Under the pieces are notes generated by a model. It was given only the letters and a program-made list of their open reading frames with translations, was not told where the DNA came from and did not search any database. The translations under genes and the position numbers were made by a program. A stretch of DNA of 64,000 bases. Origin: Malacoraja senta. Its lineage: Eukaryota. Shown piece after piece: positions 12,751-26,290 of this stretch. The first letter of the stretch is position 1. Each line of letters begins with the position of its first letter. The DNA lies in NCBI GenBank assembly GCA_038087875.1, contig CM075995.1, positions 1,056,001 through 1,120,000 of the forward strand. The letters run 5' to 3'.

Positions 12751-13339
12751 TCCTGACTGTCTAAATCCGACATATATCTGACTGCCCTTTTCCTGACTGG
12801 AATCTCAACATCGCTCATCAAACAGGGTTTCCTAAACTTACCAGCCTTGCCCTTGATGCTAATTGGAACATGCTGCACCCGTGCTGTTGCTATCTGCTTT
12901 TGAAAGCCACCCACTTACAAGCCATCCCCTAACGTGCAAACAGACTCTCCCGATGAACCTTGGCAATTTGCAGCGAAAACCTCCCAAATCAGCCTTGCCC
13001 CAATTTATAGTGGGACCCTAACTTATGGACCAATCCTATGCCTCTTCATAGCTACTTGGTCATGGATCTCAAGGTGCTTCTCCAGTAACTTGCCCAACCT
13101 CATTTCCTTGGAGGAGTTCACACTCTCCAGCAGAACCTTCTATATATCAATTGATGAAGCTTTCTTGAGCACATGTGAGAAATTCCATTCTGTAAAACCC
13201 TTTACACCAGGGGAGAGCCAGTCATAGTCATATGGCATAGAAATAGGCCCTTCACCCAAACCCGTCCATGCCAATCAAGACGCCCCATATAAGCTAGTCC
13301 TGTTTGCCTGCATTTGGTCTATATCCCTCTATATCTTTC

Positions 13340-13667
13340 CTAAGTGTTCGGCTGGCAACCGGAAGGTAGCCGGTTCGAATCCCGCTTTGAGTGCATACTG
13401 TCGTTGTGTCCTTGGGCAAGACACTTCACCCACCTTTGCCTGCGTGTGAATGTGTGTGACTGTGTGTGAGTGATTGGTGGTGGTCGGAGGGGCCGTAGGC
13501 GCAGATTAGCAGCCACGCTTCCGTCAGTCTACCCCAGGGCAGCTGTGGCTACAGAAGTAGCTCACCACCACCGAGTGTGACTGAGGAGTGAATGAATAAT
13601 GCGATGTAAAGCGCCTTGAGTATTAGAAAGGCGCTATATAAAATCCCATCCATTATTATTATTATTA
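13340..13667 (+). mobile_element. tRNA-derived CORE-type SINE with L2-like tail (5'-truncated)
   Basis: B box ggttcgaatccc, CORE-like gtgtccttgggcaagacacttcaccc, tail gtaaagcgccttgag..aaaggcgctatata..(tta)n; inserted in a CR1 3' fragment. Confidence 0.85.
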
Positions 13668-15254
13668 TATTAAATATTGGTATTGTATCAACCTCAACTA
13701 TCTCCTCTGGTAGATCATTGCATATACCCGCTAGTGCATATTAGGTAAGTTGAAATCTCCCACTAATACTATATTGCGTGTGTGTGTGTGTGTTGGGGGG
13801 AGGGGGGGGGGTAAAATTTTGGTATAATTTATCTTTATTCTGTTAAAATCTTATGTTTGTCAAGGAAAAAAATGTGTTTGAGGAACTCAGCTGGTCGGGC
13901 AGCATCTGTGGAGGGAATGGACAGGCATTGTTTCAGGTTGGGAATTTTCAGATAGCATCCGGCATCTGCAGTTTCTTGTATCCTCTTTATTTTTGTCAAT
14001 ATTTTGTTGAAAGAAATAACTGCTGCAAGGTTTTGTAAGATATTAACTAATCTATGAAACATTATTATATGATTAATAATCAATCTGAATTTTTCTATAT
14101 GCTCAGATAATTTGTACCTTTCTACTGTTTTCATAAGTGCACAGCAAGAGTGTCAAGACACAAAGTTAAGCATGTAAACAGTGTTTCTCTTGTGAATGGT
14201 GTTGCGTTGGGTTGAAGTCTTCCCTCGGCACCCTTCTTGCTGCCAGCTATCATGCTGGTTCACACTGATAAATATGTTGAGATCACACCATTGCTCACCA
14301 GAATTGACTGGTGTGTCATCTCAGGCCATTTCTGTTTGCTTTCTTTTGTTGCGCATGCTGCTTGTTTTGATCCTTGAGATGAGAAGTATAAAATGAATGA
14401 ACAGCTGCAGAATTATGTACAGAGGCTCATTGAAACAATAGTATGATGGCATTTAAAAGGTAAATAAAATTACCCGCGTGCATATTAGGTGTTGAAATCA
14501 CCCACTAATACTATTTGCGTGTTGGGGGGGGGGGGGGGGTGGAGGGTGTATATAGTACAGTAAAAAAAAATGTGTCTGGAAGAATTTCGGTTGCTTTTAT
14601 ACAACTAAAATCATCTCTACAATCTACCGCTGAAGTGGAATAGTGAATGAGATGCTGATTCAAAGAATATATTATTCACTTTGGCCATGTTTTATTTTGG
14701 AAAAAAAAAGGAAACACTGACATTTGGTGACAAAGATCACTCCCTACCTTGCAAGTGCTGAATTTGTAGTTAAGCACGCAAAGGGTTTGGAAGAATTCTT
14801 CAAAATAGTTCGAAATTATCTTAATTTATCAAACCTGAAATTCCGTTCTTCCTGCCAAGTAAAGATATTAAATAGTGAAGCGGAAAATGCAATGCACTAC
14901 TTTGACTTGAAGCACAGATATTTTGTTTCTTTCAATAACTACTTCATTTTGCTTCAGTAATAGTTTCAGTGAATTAAATATGGCAACAATACTGTGTACA
15001 TTGTGTTATTCTCTCACTGTGAACTACTAAACGCATAAGCATCAGAATTTACCTCGAATGTAAATTGATTAGTTGTCCATGACAGATAAATAGTTCAATA
15101 ACATTTATACTTGATTGGCGTAGTTATATAAATGACATTTTAAAGTTGGTAGTAACATCTGTAATGTAATTTAAATAAATAACAAAGCATTGCGATTTTT
15201 TAAAGATCTTTACCTCTGATGCCACAACCACAATGCTCTTAAGACTGGAATTGA

Positions 15255-15950
15255 TTGTAGACTTTAGAAGAGCTCCCACGCCCCTCCCCGCACTCATCAT
15301 CAACAACACTGCAGTCACAACTGTGGAGTCATTTGTTCCTCGGAACCAAGGACCTTAAATGGGAGGCCACCATCGACTCCACAGTCAAAAAGGCCCAACA
15401 GAGGGTGTACTTCCTGCGGCAGCTGAGGAAACACAATCTGCCAGAGGCAATGATGGTCCAGTTTTACACTACCATCATAGAGTCTGTCTTCACCTTCTCC
15501 ATCATGGTCTGGTATGGCTCAGCCACCAAGCATGACATCCAGAGTTTGCAGTGCATCGTTTGATCAGCTGAGAAAGTTGTTGGCTGCAACGAACTGTACA
15601 CTGCAAGGGCCAGGAAGCGAGCGGGTAAGATCATCTCTGACCCCTCTCACCCTGGCCAGGAACTCTTTAAAGTACTTTCCTCTGGGAGGCGACTCCGGAA
15701 CATCAAAGCCACCCTAGTTAGACATAAAAACAGCTTATTTCCATGAGCAGTAGCTCTACTCAACAGCCAAAAGTCTGTAGCCTCTTTTTACTCTGGTACT
15801 TTATTTTCACATGTTTAAATTATAATGTTTTATTTTTAATTGTCTGCTGTACATCGTGCTTTTACCATGTGCGAGCAAAGCACCGTCAAATTCCTTGTAT
15901 GTATACATATTTGGCCAATACATTTATTATGATTCTGACTTCTAATTGAG
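15255..15950 (+). mobile_element. Rex1/Babar LINE 3' fragment
   Basis: ORF FLG..DLKW..VKKAQQRVYFLRQLRK..FYTTIIESV..VWYG. Confidence 0.85.
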
Positions 15951-16667
15951 ATTGATGTTCAGTCTGTAGACCATTAGTTTTGTGCCAGTTTGAGGTCTTG
16001 ATTTTCAAATGTCCTTTATCTCAATTGACCAAAGGCTAAGCTGGTGCTTTGAAGGCAGTAGTGAATGTCAAGGGTAATTATCAAATGCACTGGGAATGGA
16101 ACAAAGAAACTCTTGGTGCAGCTTTATGGGCACATTAACGCAACAAGACAACAAATAAATGTACAATAATTAATAAAATAAATTAACAGTAATAGTAGGT
16201 AACCAGACCATAATAGTGCAAGATGATGTACGTAGTAGAATCAATACATATTCCATAGTAGTTTGTTGCTGAGGTGGGATTGTGCAATGCGGTTCAAGAG
16301 CCTGATGGTTGATTGGTAGCAGCGAGATCAGAGTCCGGCCAGGATGATGTGGGTCGTTGATTTGAGTTGTCTTCTTGATGCTGTGTTTCCTCTAGCAGCG
16401 TTAGTTGGTAAGATGGTCATGCCTGCAATGGACCGAACAATGTCCTTCATTTTCTGCAGTCTCCTTCTTGAATCTCTTCATTGGTGTCTGCCTTTGCTTC
16501 TACGGTGGCTTCCATGATATGGGAATGGTTCTTATTTTTGCCATAAACTTTTTTTTTTGCTGGAGGTCAGTGTGATGCAACAGAGCAGGGTTGGTAGGTG
16601 GACCTTGGTATGGCGCATGTTGTGTACAAGGCCCATACTCTTATCAGCTTTGATGATTTGAGCTTGG

Positions 16668-18403
16668 TTGTTCCCTATTGCTTTTCCATTGACTTAACAC
16701 AAAAGGTGTGATCGAGGACAGTCAAAAGCCCATAACATTCTTAAAAATTAAGAGAACCGAATGAATTATTCAGTTATTATAGATTGAAGCATTCTGAAAC
16801 ATATATGAAACATCTTACTTGGATGACCTGAAATTAAAGCATATAATTAGTTAGTTACCTAATTGTAGCTAATTACAAAATGACCGTTGTGATGGAAATA
16901 GTAATAAACTCCCAGACTGCCTTGAAAATTCAAAAATGTGATATTCTCAAGATCAGAACTTTAATATTATTGTATTATATGCTGTAAGTCCATAACAGAT
17001 AGGTAAATAAACTACAATTTCTAGCAAAATTCCAAGTCTTTATGGAGAAGATCAGTTGCTAGCTGGTACATTGGCATATCATAATCAGTAGCATCATCAT
17101 ACTCCTCAGATTGTAACCAATAAGCAACTCTGTACACCTTGTTTTTCCTCAACTTTTCAATTTTGGCATTGTAAACTACAAATTTTTGGTCTTCAAACCA
17201 CACGTGACATGCCTTTCTGCCCGCTACTTTCCCATTAAGAATGTCATGTAGATCATCACATTTGGAGTAGTCCAAATTCAGATCATCTCTGCGAATGCTG
17301 TATAAATCAGTCTCTTTTGCTGGGCATTTGGATTGATAATTTTGCATTTCTTATTCTGAGACATCTGTTTAAAATGTTTTTAAAAAAACATTGAACAGCA
17401 TTAACAGAAACGCGTTATTATTTGCAGTTTTAGAAAAAAAGGTAGAAATGATAAATGTTAAACGCTAAAACAAATAGTAAATACCCAACAAAAAATTCAT
17501 ATTCATCAGTTTCATCAAATCAAAACTAACATTCATCTAATCAATTAAATTCATCTAAATTCAATTACTAGATCTAAACATCTATCCATTTCTTAAGAAA
17601 AGGCTAAAAATTTTAAATAGCCTAAGTATCCAAATAACAAATAACAAACTGATCCCATTCACGCAAGAATTCACAATATAACATGATTTTAAATCTCACT
17701 GTCATGAATTTATATGCCAAATGGAAGGAATTTAATGTTTAATTCCTATAAATTAATCCAGAAACATCCACTCACAAGATCATCAAAATCATTATTTTTT
17801 GCACAATACATCTGACTAAAACTGTACTGTGGATATTTAATATGAAAATATTGATCATGGATGGACAATAACACAAAATATAGATGATTCAGATGTTCTT
17901 ATGACATGATTGTGCAAAAAAAAATAAAAATTGATTAATTTGAGAGTGGATGTTTCAGGAATGTGATCGATTGGAATGTTGCGTTGCCATAAATTTAAGC
18001 CCATATCGGCAGGCAAGACACGGCCAATTCGTATGTGGGCCTAAATAACATTTTTTGCATCATAAGATTAAAATGAAGCCACACTAAAAAGCAAAATAAT
18101 ATGTTAAATAAACGACATACCTTTTGCTTTGTCCTGGTATTGCGATCGTGATGTTGACGCCGTTTTTAATCACGTTTAAGTTCAATCCAGCGACGCAATG
18201 GTCCAGCATTTTTTTTTTTTTAAACTGGGATGGGAAGCGCGAATGTTTTTTCTTCATCAGCTAGCAGCCCGAGGAAATCCCTCTTCGACAACCAAAACAA
18301 ACCTGCATTTTATTCTCCCCCCCCCCCTAAAGCCTCCGGAATCACACGCACAGGCAATGGGAGAACTGGAACGCCGCCGATGGTAGGTTTTGTAACAACG
18401 CTA
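16668..18403 (-). mobile_element. DNA transposon related to 5170-6210, carrying a coding remnant at 17021-17364
   Basis: Near-identical blocks to 5328-5720; right TIR ggttttgtaacaacgcta; extra about 680 bp holding a 108-aa ORF. Confidence 0.8.
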
Positions 18404-18953
18404 ATTATTGTACACACAAGGAACTGCAGATACTGGAATCTATTATCAATAAATAATTAAGGATTATCAATATAAAATGTCGGAAAATATGTAATTTAAA
18501 TATTATTTATAAACAATCGCTGATACATTTTTGGTCTCTGTTACATTGGGTAGATGTAGACTGAAACATCAGGAACTGTGGAGCGCAATACTTAAATCTA
18601 TATATTTTAATTTGGTATGATGATTCCCATATCCATGAAATTGTAATATTTGCAATTTAAACTATTTATTGACTTTAGAGGTTAACTGTAATAAGGGATG
18701 CAAGTACTAATTGGGACGAAATAATTAAGAAGAAAGGAAATCAATTTTCTCAAACATACTTATATTTTTATATAGTACACTCGTGGTGCCAGCATAAGGC
18801 ATGTCATGCCATTTGCTTGCAGAATTTATATATTAACATGACCTTAAATTTCTTTCATCCCTCTTACTGAACAAAACTTCATTTTTGACTTCAATTGTTT
18901 ATCCCCAATAAAAGGCGAAGCTATAAAAACTTGAATATGAGATTTGTGAAAGT

Positions 18954-19010
18954 CATTTTCCTGACATCACTGAGGTTCCCATTTTCCTGACATCACTGAG
19001 GTTCTCATTT
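18954..19010. repeat. 26-bp tandem duplication
   Basis: cattttcctgacatcactgaggttc at 18954 and 18980. Confidence 0.9.
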
Positions 19011-19315
19011 TGTGGGTCAGCTGGACTATTCTGAAAGCGTGACCACAACCTTCCAATTCTGCACAATACTCCCACTCTTTGCATGCTTCTGGACAATTGA
19101 TTAACAATTTCAGATTGTAGCCTCTACACCAATTTTTCTGAACCTCCATTATGGGTGAAGTTCATTTGTCCCTATTTATACCACCTATATTCAGCTTTTA
19201 TTTACTGAATTGTCCCCCTTCCCCATTACTGTCCCCTTTTGGCCTGCACCATCATTTGTCCTGATATTCTCCTTATCACATTTTGTTTTTGTTCTCTCAT
19301 TTTGTCCATCGTTCT

Positions 19316-20320
19316 AATAATAATAATAATAATGCATTTTATTTGCTGGCGCCTTTCTGGACACCCAAGGACACCTTACAGGACATAAAATCACAATACA
19401 TTTATCAATATTAAAATCTTGACACCTTACAATTTAACAAAGAAACATATAAACATATAATCAGAGTAAAATAAGTTATAAAGACATCACAAATACATAA
19501 ATTAAAAACAGAAATTTGATCCAAAGAAGAAGACAACAAAATTCAGAAAACACAATATGAAGGGAGAGCAGCGGCAGCCAAACCGCGCCAGCGTACACTC
19601 TCCCTTCCGACCGCCATGTTGGACATAGACTAACACAGACTAACACAGACACTTAACACTACACACAAAATCATCCCCCCACAATGGTTACCACTGTGGG
19701 GGAAGGCACAATGTCCAGTCCCCAACCCAGTTCTCCCCAGAGTCAGGCCCATCGAGGCCGCCACAGTTGCCTCTATGGAGGCGTGATGTTCCTGGCCGTC
19801 GGGAGAGTCCTCGCAGCGGCTGGAACGGCCGGTTTCCCAGCGGAGTCCATGGCACCTGAAGCCGACAGGGCCGCGCCGATTTGGAGCCACGATTTGGAGC
19901 CACGAGGCACCCGATGTTAAAGTCGGCGCCGCCGCCCGCAGCTGGTCGTTTCACAGACCGGCAGCCCGGAGGTGTTGATCTCGGCGGTCATCGCATACCG
20001 GAGCTCCAGTGCAGCGATCCAGCGCAGCGACCCAGGCAAGGCATCGCCCGCTACGCTCCACGATAGCGCTCCAGCCCTGTGCCGCCGACCGAACCTGAAG
20101 GTGCTGGGCGGCCCCCGTCAGGAAACGGCGCTCCATGCCCACTGGTAGGCCACGAGGACGGGTCGACGGGGCAGCCCGGAGAAAAAGCTGCCTCACCGAC
20201 CAGGTAGGGACCTAGGATATAATTACCCCATTCACCCTACACTTAAAACTATTTAAAAAAAGGTGATTTAAACGGACGGTTGCTGGTTAGCAGCCGTTCC
20301 CCAACATGGCTCCTCCTCCA
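19316..20320 (-). mobile_element. GC-rich non-autonomous retroposon, variant with L2-type tail
   Basis: Head ..aaccgtccgttt, hairpin motif 19674-19707, then 3' module ending aaggtgtccttgggtgtccagaaaggcgcc..aaataaaatgc(att)n. Confidence 0.7.
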
Positions 20321-21277
20321 ACGAGTGTTTCTGAGTGTTTCTGGTTGCTTAAATGTTGTTAGACCTATGAACTCTGTCCTGTTCTGATGATGGGTTATAG
20401 ATCTCAAATGTTAATTGCTTCTCTATATAGATGGATGCTATGTGACTTCTTGAATAGTCTTGTATGTTATTTTTTTTAATTTAAACATCCTCCGTACATT
20501 AATCTCTACCATATATTATTCAGGGATGACTGAAAACATTTAAAATTGGGTGCATGTGCAACTTCCTTTGTTTTTTGTTTCAATGTAGCAAAAATCAGAT
20601 GACTTATCTGTGGTGTTTTCTCATGTAAGAAGCGCAGTGTGTGTTTGCATATCTTAAATCTGAAATTGTCACGTTAATGGAGATAGGAGCATTCCATTTC
20701 CCCAACAGGAATATTTCTAATCTATTGTGCTTTACTTTGACATTGCATGGCATTAGAACTGAACATTTTGTTTGACTTGATTTCACTTTGATTAGGTTTT
20801 GACTAACATCTGTTATTTCATCTGATCAGGAATAATGTTTTGATTCAAATAATGGAGGTAATTTTACGGGTGTAATTTATCAAGGTGAAGCATGCTTTGG
20901 GCAGCTTTGGCGTGCTACTAATCTAAATACTATTAGGTTTTGCAGTTGTGTAAATGAACAGTATTAACAGCAGCAAAAACAAAGCACCTGAGTATTTTGT
21001 TAATTTTTTTTAATGGACCCACTGCATTGTTTACATTTACATTTTATAACAAATTATGCACATAACCAGAAAAAAATATTTCTGCAAGATTGCCTTTAAA
21101 ACAAATCTGCTCCGAGACTCTTGAATATTAAATGGTTCTTTATTATGTACTAATAAATGGCTTATTGGACCTCATATCACCAATTATATAAATATTCCAT
21201 TCAAGTCTTACACAGACGAGGAGAAACAAATGCTCTAGAGTCAGTGAATGGATCTATAAACTATAAATAGGCAAGCC

Positions 21278-21526
21278 TAATAATAATAATAATAATACAT
21301 TTTATTTATGGGCGCCTTTCAAAAGTCTCAAGGACACCTTACAAAGTTTAACAAATAGTAGAAACATGTAAGCGGAATGAAATAAATAGTAAAGACATCA
21401 CGAGTACACAAATTAAAGAGAGAATTCAGTCCAAAAACAAAAATCAAAAACACAATATGGAAGAGAGAGCAGCGGCTACTAAAGCACGCCAGCGTCCACT
21501 CTCCCCTCCGGCAGCCTAGACATAGT
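21278..21526 (-). mobile_element. 5'-truncated copy of the L2-tailed SINE
   Basis: Homologous to 19316-19628, with (taa)n tail. Confidence 0.75.
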
Positions 21527-23689
21527 GAATATGAATGAAAATTACGTGGTGAGACAGGATGAGCAGTGAGCATATTTTCCCGTTTATCTCTGAAAAATTG
21601 TTGCTTTTAAAGATGTCTTGAAGAAAGAGAGGGCATATTGGAGCAGAGATAAGAAGCCCAAAGGACCATCTCATTCACATCTTCTGACAGCCATGTTCTT
21701 TCCTCCAGTTCTCTGAGATCGATCATCTGCTGCAGTTCTAGCTAAGCACCCACTAGGAGAATTAAATATGCCATACCATGGAGTATGCTGTCCAAAAATG
21801 TACATGAGCTGTAATAAATGCTTGGAAAGAGGAAATGATTCTAAAATAGATGTGGCAAGTGTCATGTCATGTCAAAAAATAAAATACTGCTGATGGAAAT
21901 CTGAAATAAAGCAGAATATTTGGACATTTTTCGTCAATTTGTACCTGTAAAAATTATTTAATTTCCTCTGAATAGTGAGTGAATGATTGAAGTATATCTT
22001 GGGGTGGTGTAATTTGGAGGTGATAAATTTAACTAAAGAAGGGAAAGAGGAAACAAGTTGAGAGAATGGCCAAATGTGTGAAATCTGAGTGCTGAAAGCT
22101 GTAATGTGCAAGCTAGAAGGTTAGATGTGGTCGGTGAAGTATGTGTTGTGCTTTGATAAAATATTGTTGGAGTCCAAAGATGCAAGAGGTTAGCATGGGA
22201 GTGGGATGAAGAATTAGACGAAGCATTAAAGTGACAGGCAAATGGAAGCTCGAGACCACTCCTGGAGCCTGAGTTGCGGTGTTGTTCAACGCTGTCATCC
22301 AATCTGTGTTTGATTTTCCCAATGTTGAGATCACATTACTGAATGAGATTACTGAATGCAGAGTGTTAGAAGTTGTATAATTTGCTAATCAAGGGTCAAT
22401 GACATAAATCATTGTTTTTTGCTTCACAATTTCTGTCTCATCTGCTGAGTATTCCAAGTATTTATTTTTTTATCAAGAATCAAATCAAAGTGTTTAATTT
22501 CCATATGTACTGGCAATGGAACAATTCAATTATTTCTTGCTGCAGCTTAACAGGCACAAAGTGGCAATAACATACATATATTCAATAATGCAATAATCAA
22601 TCAAACAATAAATGACTAACTGTTACACTGGCTAACTATAAAAGTGTAAAACTGAAGTCAGTATTGCAACCAACGACATGGTCCATTGATGATCATAGTT
22701 GCAGAGGTTAGTGGCGTGCCATATTCAAGAGCCTGATGGTTATTAGCATCATAATTGTATACACTGGTCAGAAATATAGGCAACTGGAAGATCAGGGGTG
22801 ATAGACTGAAATGGAAGTGCCTTGGAATTCAGTTGTGAATCCGTACTTCAACTTGAGCAGCAAAGGCTCCCACTCCCTGAACATACAGGTGGGCTGTGAG
22901 CATCAGCAGAAAATGTCACTCATCCGTGCCATTCAATGTAAAGGCACCATCGAAATGTTGTCATATCATTACCACAGGTTCCATTGGCAGATGTGGAAGA
23001 TGGCACTTCAGTAGGGAAAATAAACACTCTGACAAAATGCTGACGTTCCCTGTGTATCCACCAATATTAATGAATGAAGAAAGCAAACCTTAACGAAACA
23101 ATTAAATAACAATTTAATGCAATCAGTAAATAATGTTTGTACACACTTGTGACCAGTCACTCTGGATTATTCCTTTACTGCCTGTGTATAATATCAGATG
23201 AAGATGGCATTCGGCTGTGCAACTGAATGTGTTTTTTCAAATCATCTCTTTTAATTGGTGCTATTATTTGCTGATGATATCCAAACTCATAAATTATGAC
23301 TGGTCCACTGGGTGTAATTTCTAGGAAATGATTTTTTTCACATTACCCTAGAAAGCTTTTTGATAGCACTGACCTCCAATGTGCCAACCTTTTACTATCT
23401 GGAGCATTATACTGCATTTAAATCCTCTTATCCTTAAAGGTACTAATTTCAATCATTTATACACTTGGCTTTGCTGGTGACATCTTTTTAGAAGCTGCTG
23501 TATTCTTAATGCAAGGTTCACGTTGACTCTAAGATGAGAGCGTTATCACCCCGTATCAAGGGTAATTGCAGGCATATCCTCTTCTCTGAAGAATGTTATT
23601 GAACCTGGTCATTCAGCAAAATGACCAGATTTGATGAGTTTTTTAAATAATGGGCCAATGTAATATTTTACCCTTCAATATTCCCCCAG

Positions 23690-24550
23690 TCGCAACAGGG
23701 TCCCCCCCTAGTCCTCGCGTTTCACCCCATCAGCCGTCACACACTGCACATAATCCTCTAGACATTTTCGCCACCTCCGAATGGGATCCCACCACGAGTC
23801 ACATTTTGGTTCCCATCTCCACCCCTTTCTGCTTTCCAAAGGAATCGTTCCCTCCAACTCCCTAGTTTACTCATCCATTCACACCCAAACCACCGCCTCC
23901 CCAGGTACTTTCTCTGCAACTGCAGGTGAGGCAACACCTGTCCCTATACCTCCCCACTCGATTCAGTTCAGGGACCAGATGATACAAAAATAGGTGGAAG
24001 GGCAGGTAGTGTAGAGAAAGCAAGGACTCTACACACCTCCGCTCAGTCCACCTTGGCCGACGCGATCTCCCGATTGCCAAACATTTTATCTCCCCCTCCC
24101 ATTCCCATACTGACCTATCTGTCGTGGGTGAGGCCACACGCAAATTGGAGGAACGACACCTTATGTTTTGTTTGGGCAGCTTGCAACCCAGCGGTATAAA
24201 TGTTGATTTCTCTAATTTCAAGTAACCCATTGCATTCCCTCTCTCTCCCCATCCTCCCCCACCCTAGTCATTCTGCTAATCTCACTGGTCATATCCTTTC
24301 ATTATCACCTCCTTTACAGCCAACAATGGACCATTGTGGGCTCCTTGGCTATCAGTGCTGGCTCTAATTTGTTCTGTCCCTTTTCATACCTCTAGTTTCC
24401 CTCTCCCCTGACTCTCAGTCTGAAGAAGTGTTCGACCCATAACATCACCTGTTCCTTTTCTCCGGAGATGCTGCCTGACCCGCTGAGTTACTCCACCATT
24501 TTGAGTCCATCTTCGATGTAAATCAGCATCTGCAGTTCCTTCCTACCCAC
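23690..24550 (+). mobile_element. Penelope-like element 3' fragment (degraded)
   Basis: Homologous to 10955-11760 (aaattggaggaacgacacctt.., cccagcggtat); pLTR with degenerate hammerhead box at 24420. Confidence 0.85.
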
Positions 24551-25422
24551 TTTCCTAACGTTCCTTTTCCTACAAACAACCTGCTCCTATCAACCTGAGC
24601 GAGTTCCTGTCTTATACTTTCAAAGTTGGCCTTATCCTAATTTAGAAATTTTGTTCACCTGCCATACGTGTCAGGCCTCTTGCATTAAAATAAGTGCAAT
24701 TTCAAACAGCATTCCTTCCTCACTCCTGCTTTTCTCCTGCCTATTCTGTCCACTAAACTTTCTCCAATCACCCTCCATACCATCATTGGTCCTTCATAGG
24801 ATCCTACCCCTCTGCCAATATAGTTTCTGTTTCTATTTATAATTTCCTATTTACATTTTTAGAATTTGTGTATATAATAGTCCATGAACAGTATCAAAAG
24901 TCACCCATATAATTCATTAATTGGTATTGGTTAATTATTGTCATGGATATTGAATTACTTTGTTTTGTATGCTATCCAAGAAAATCATCCATAAACAATT
25001 GCAATCATGCCTTACATAATTGCAGAAAGAGAATGGAAACAAAAGTGCAGAATATAAGGTTGCAGCTACAGATGAGGTGGATTAAAAATTAGCAAAATCC
25101 ACCATGAGGTAGGTTGAGACATCAGAGAGACATCCTTAGCTTTTGAGAGGACTGTTCAAGTCTGATAACAGTGGGGAAGAAGCTGCTCTTGACTCTGGCT
25201 GGTGTGTATTTTCATGCTTTTGTCTTTTGCACAACGGGAGAGGGGTGAAGTGGGAATGAACGGGTTTTACTGCTTTCCCAAAGCAGAATTATGTGTAGGT
25301 GGAGTCAATTAGATGAGGGAGGGGGGAGGTCGAAAAGGCTGGTGTCTGTGATGTATGGGGGTGCATCCACAAATCAATATTCTCTTGCCGTCTTGGGCAG
25401 AGCAATTGCCAAACCAAGCTGT

Positions 25423-25584
25423 TTTCAAGAGAGAGTTAGATTTAGCTCTTAGTGCTAAGAGAATCAAGGGATATGGGTAAAAAGCCGGAACAGGGTACAG
25501 ATTTTGGATGATCAGCCATGATCATATTGAATGGTGGTGCTGGCTCGAATGGCCTACTCCTGCACCTATTTTCTATGTTTCTAT
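25423..25584 (+). mobile_element. CR1 3' tail
   Basis: ttcaagagagagttagat..gatcagccatgatcatattgaatgg..cctactcctgcacctatttt(ctatgtt). Confidence 0.85.
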
Positions 25585-25606
25585 CAATACCAATAGGATG
25601 CTTTCT

Positions 25607-26260
25607 AAAGTTCAAAGGTCAGTTTATTGTCACATGTACCAATTAAGGTACAGTGAAATTCGATTTACCATACAGCCATACTAAAGAAAAAGCAACAAGA
25701 CACACAACTACATAAAAGTTATTATAAACATTCCCCACATTCCTCACTGTGATGGAAGGCAATAAAGTCCAATCTTCTTCCTCATTTATTCTCCCACAGT
25801 CGGGGCGATCGAAGGCCCCGCAGCCATCGATCGAAGCCCACGCGTCGGGGCGATCGAAGCCCCTGAAGTCGGTCTTTAACCAGGGACTGCGAGCTCCAGG
25901 ATGTTAAAGTCTACAAGCACCCGCGGTTGGAGCTCCAAGGTCGTTCCCCGACAGGGTTCACAAGCTCCACGATGTTTTCCTGCAGGCTTACGCGATTGGA
26001 TCTCCCAAAGTCAATCTCCACCGAAGGCCGCTAGCTCCTCGATGTTAGGCTGCAGTGCAGACGGAGATACGATACAAAAAAATTGCATCTCCGTCGAGGT
26101 AAGGGATTTTAAAAATCCGTTTCCCCAACCCTCCCACCCCCTCACATAAAACAAGCTAAAGAATACTAAAACATACATTTAACACAAACTATAAAACAAC
26201 AGAGAAGGAAGGGACAGACAGACTGTTGGCTTGGCAGCCATTGCTGGTGCCATCCGGTGG
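25607..26260 (-). mobile_element. GC-rich non-autonomous retroposon copy
   Basis: Rex-like tail (tttattgtcacatgtacc), motif cctcactgtgatggaaggc, head ggcaccagcaatggctgcc..tctgtcc. Confidence 0.68.
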
Positions 26261-26290
26261 TTACTATGGTGCATCTATTGAAATTAGTTA

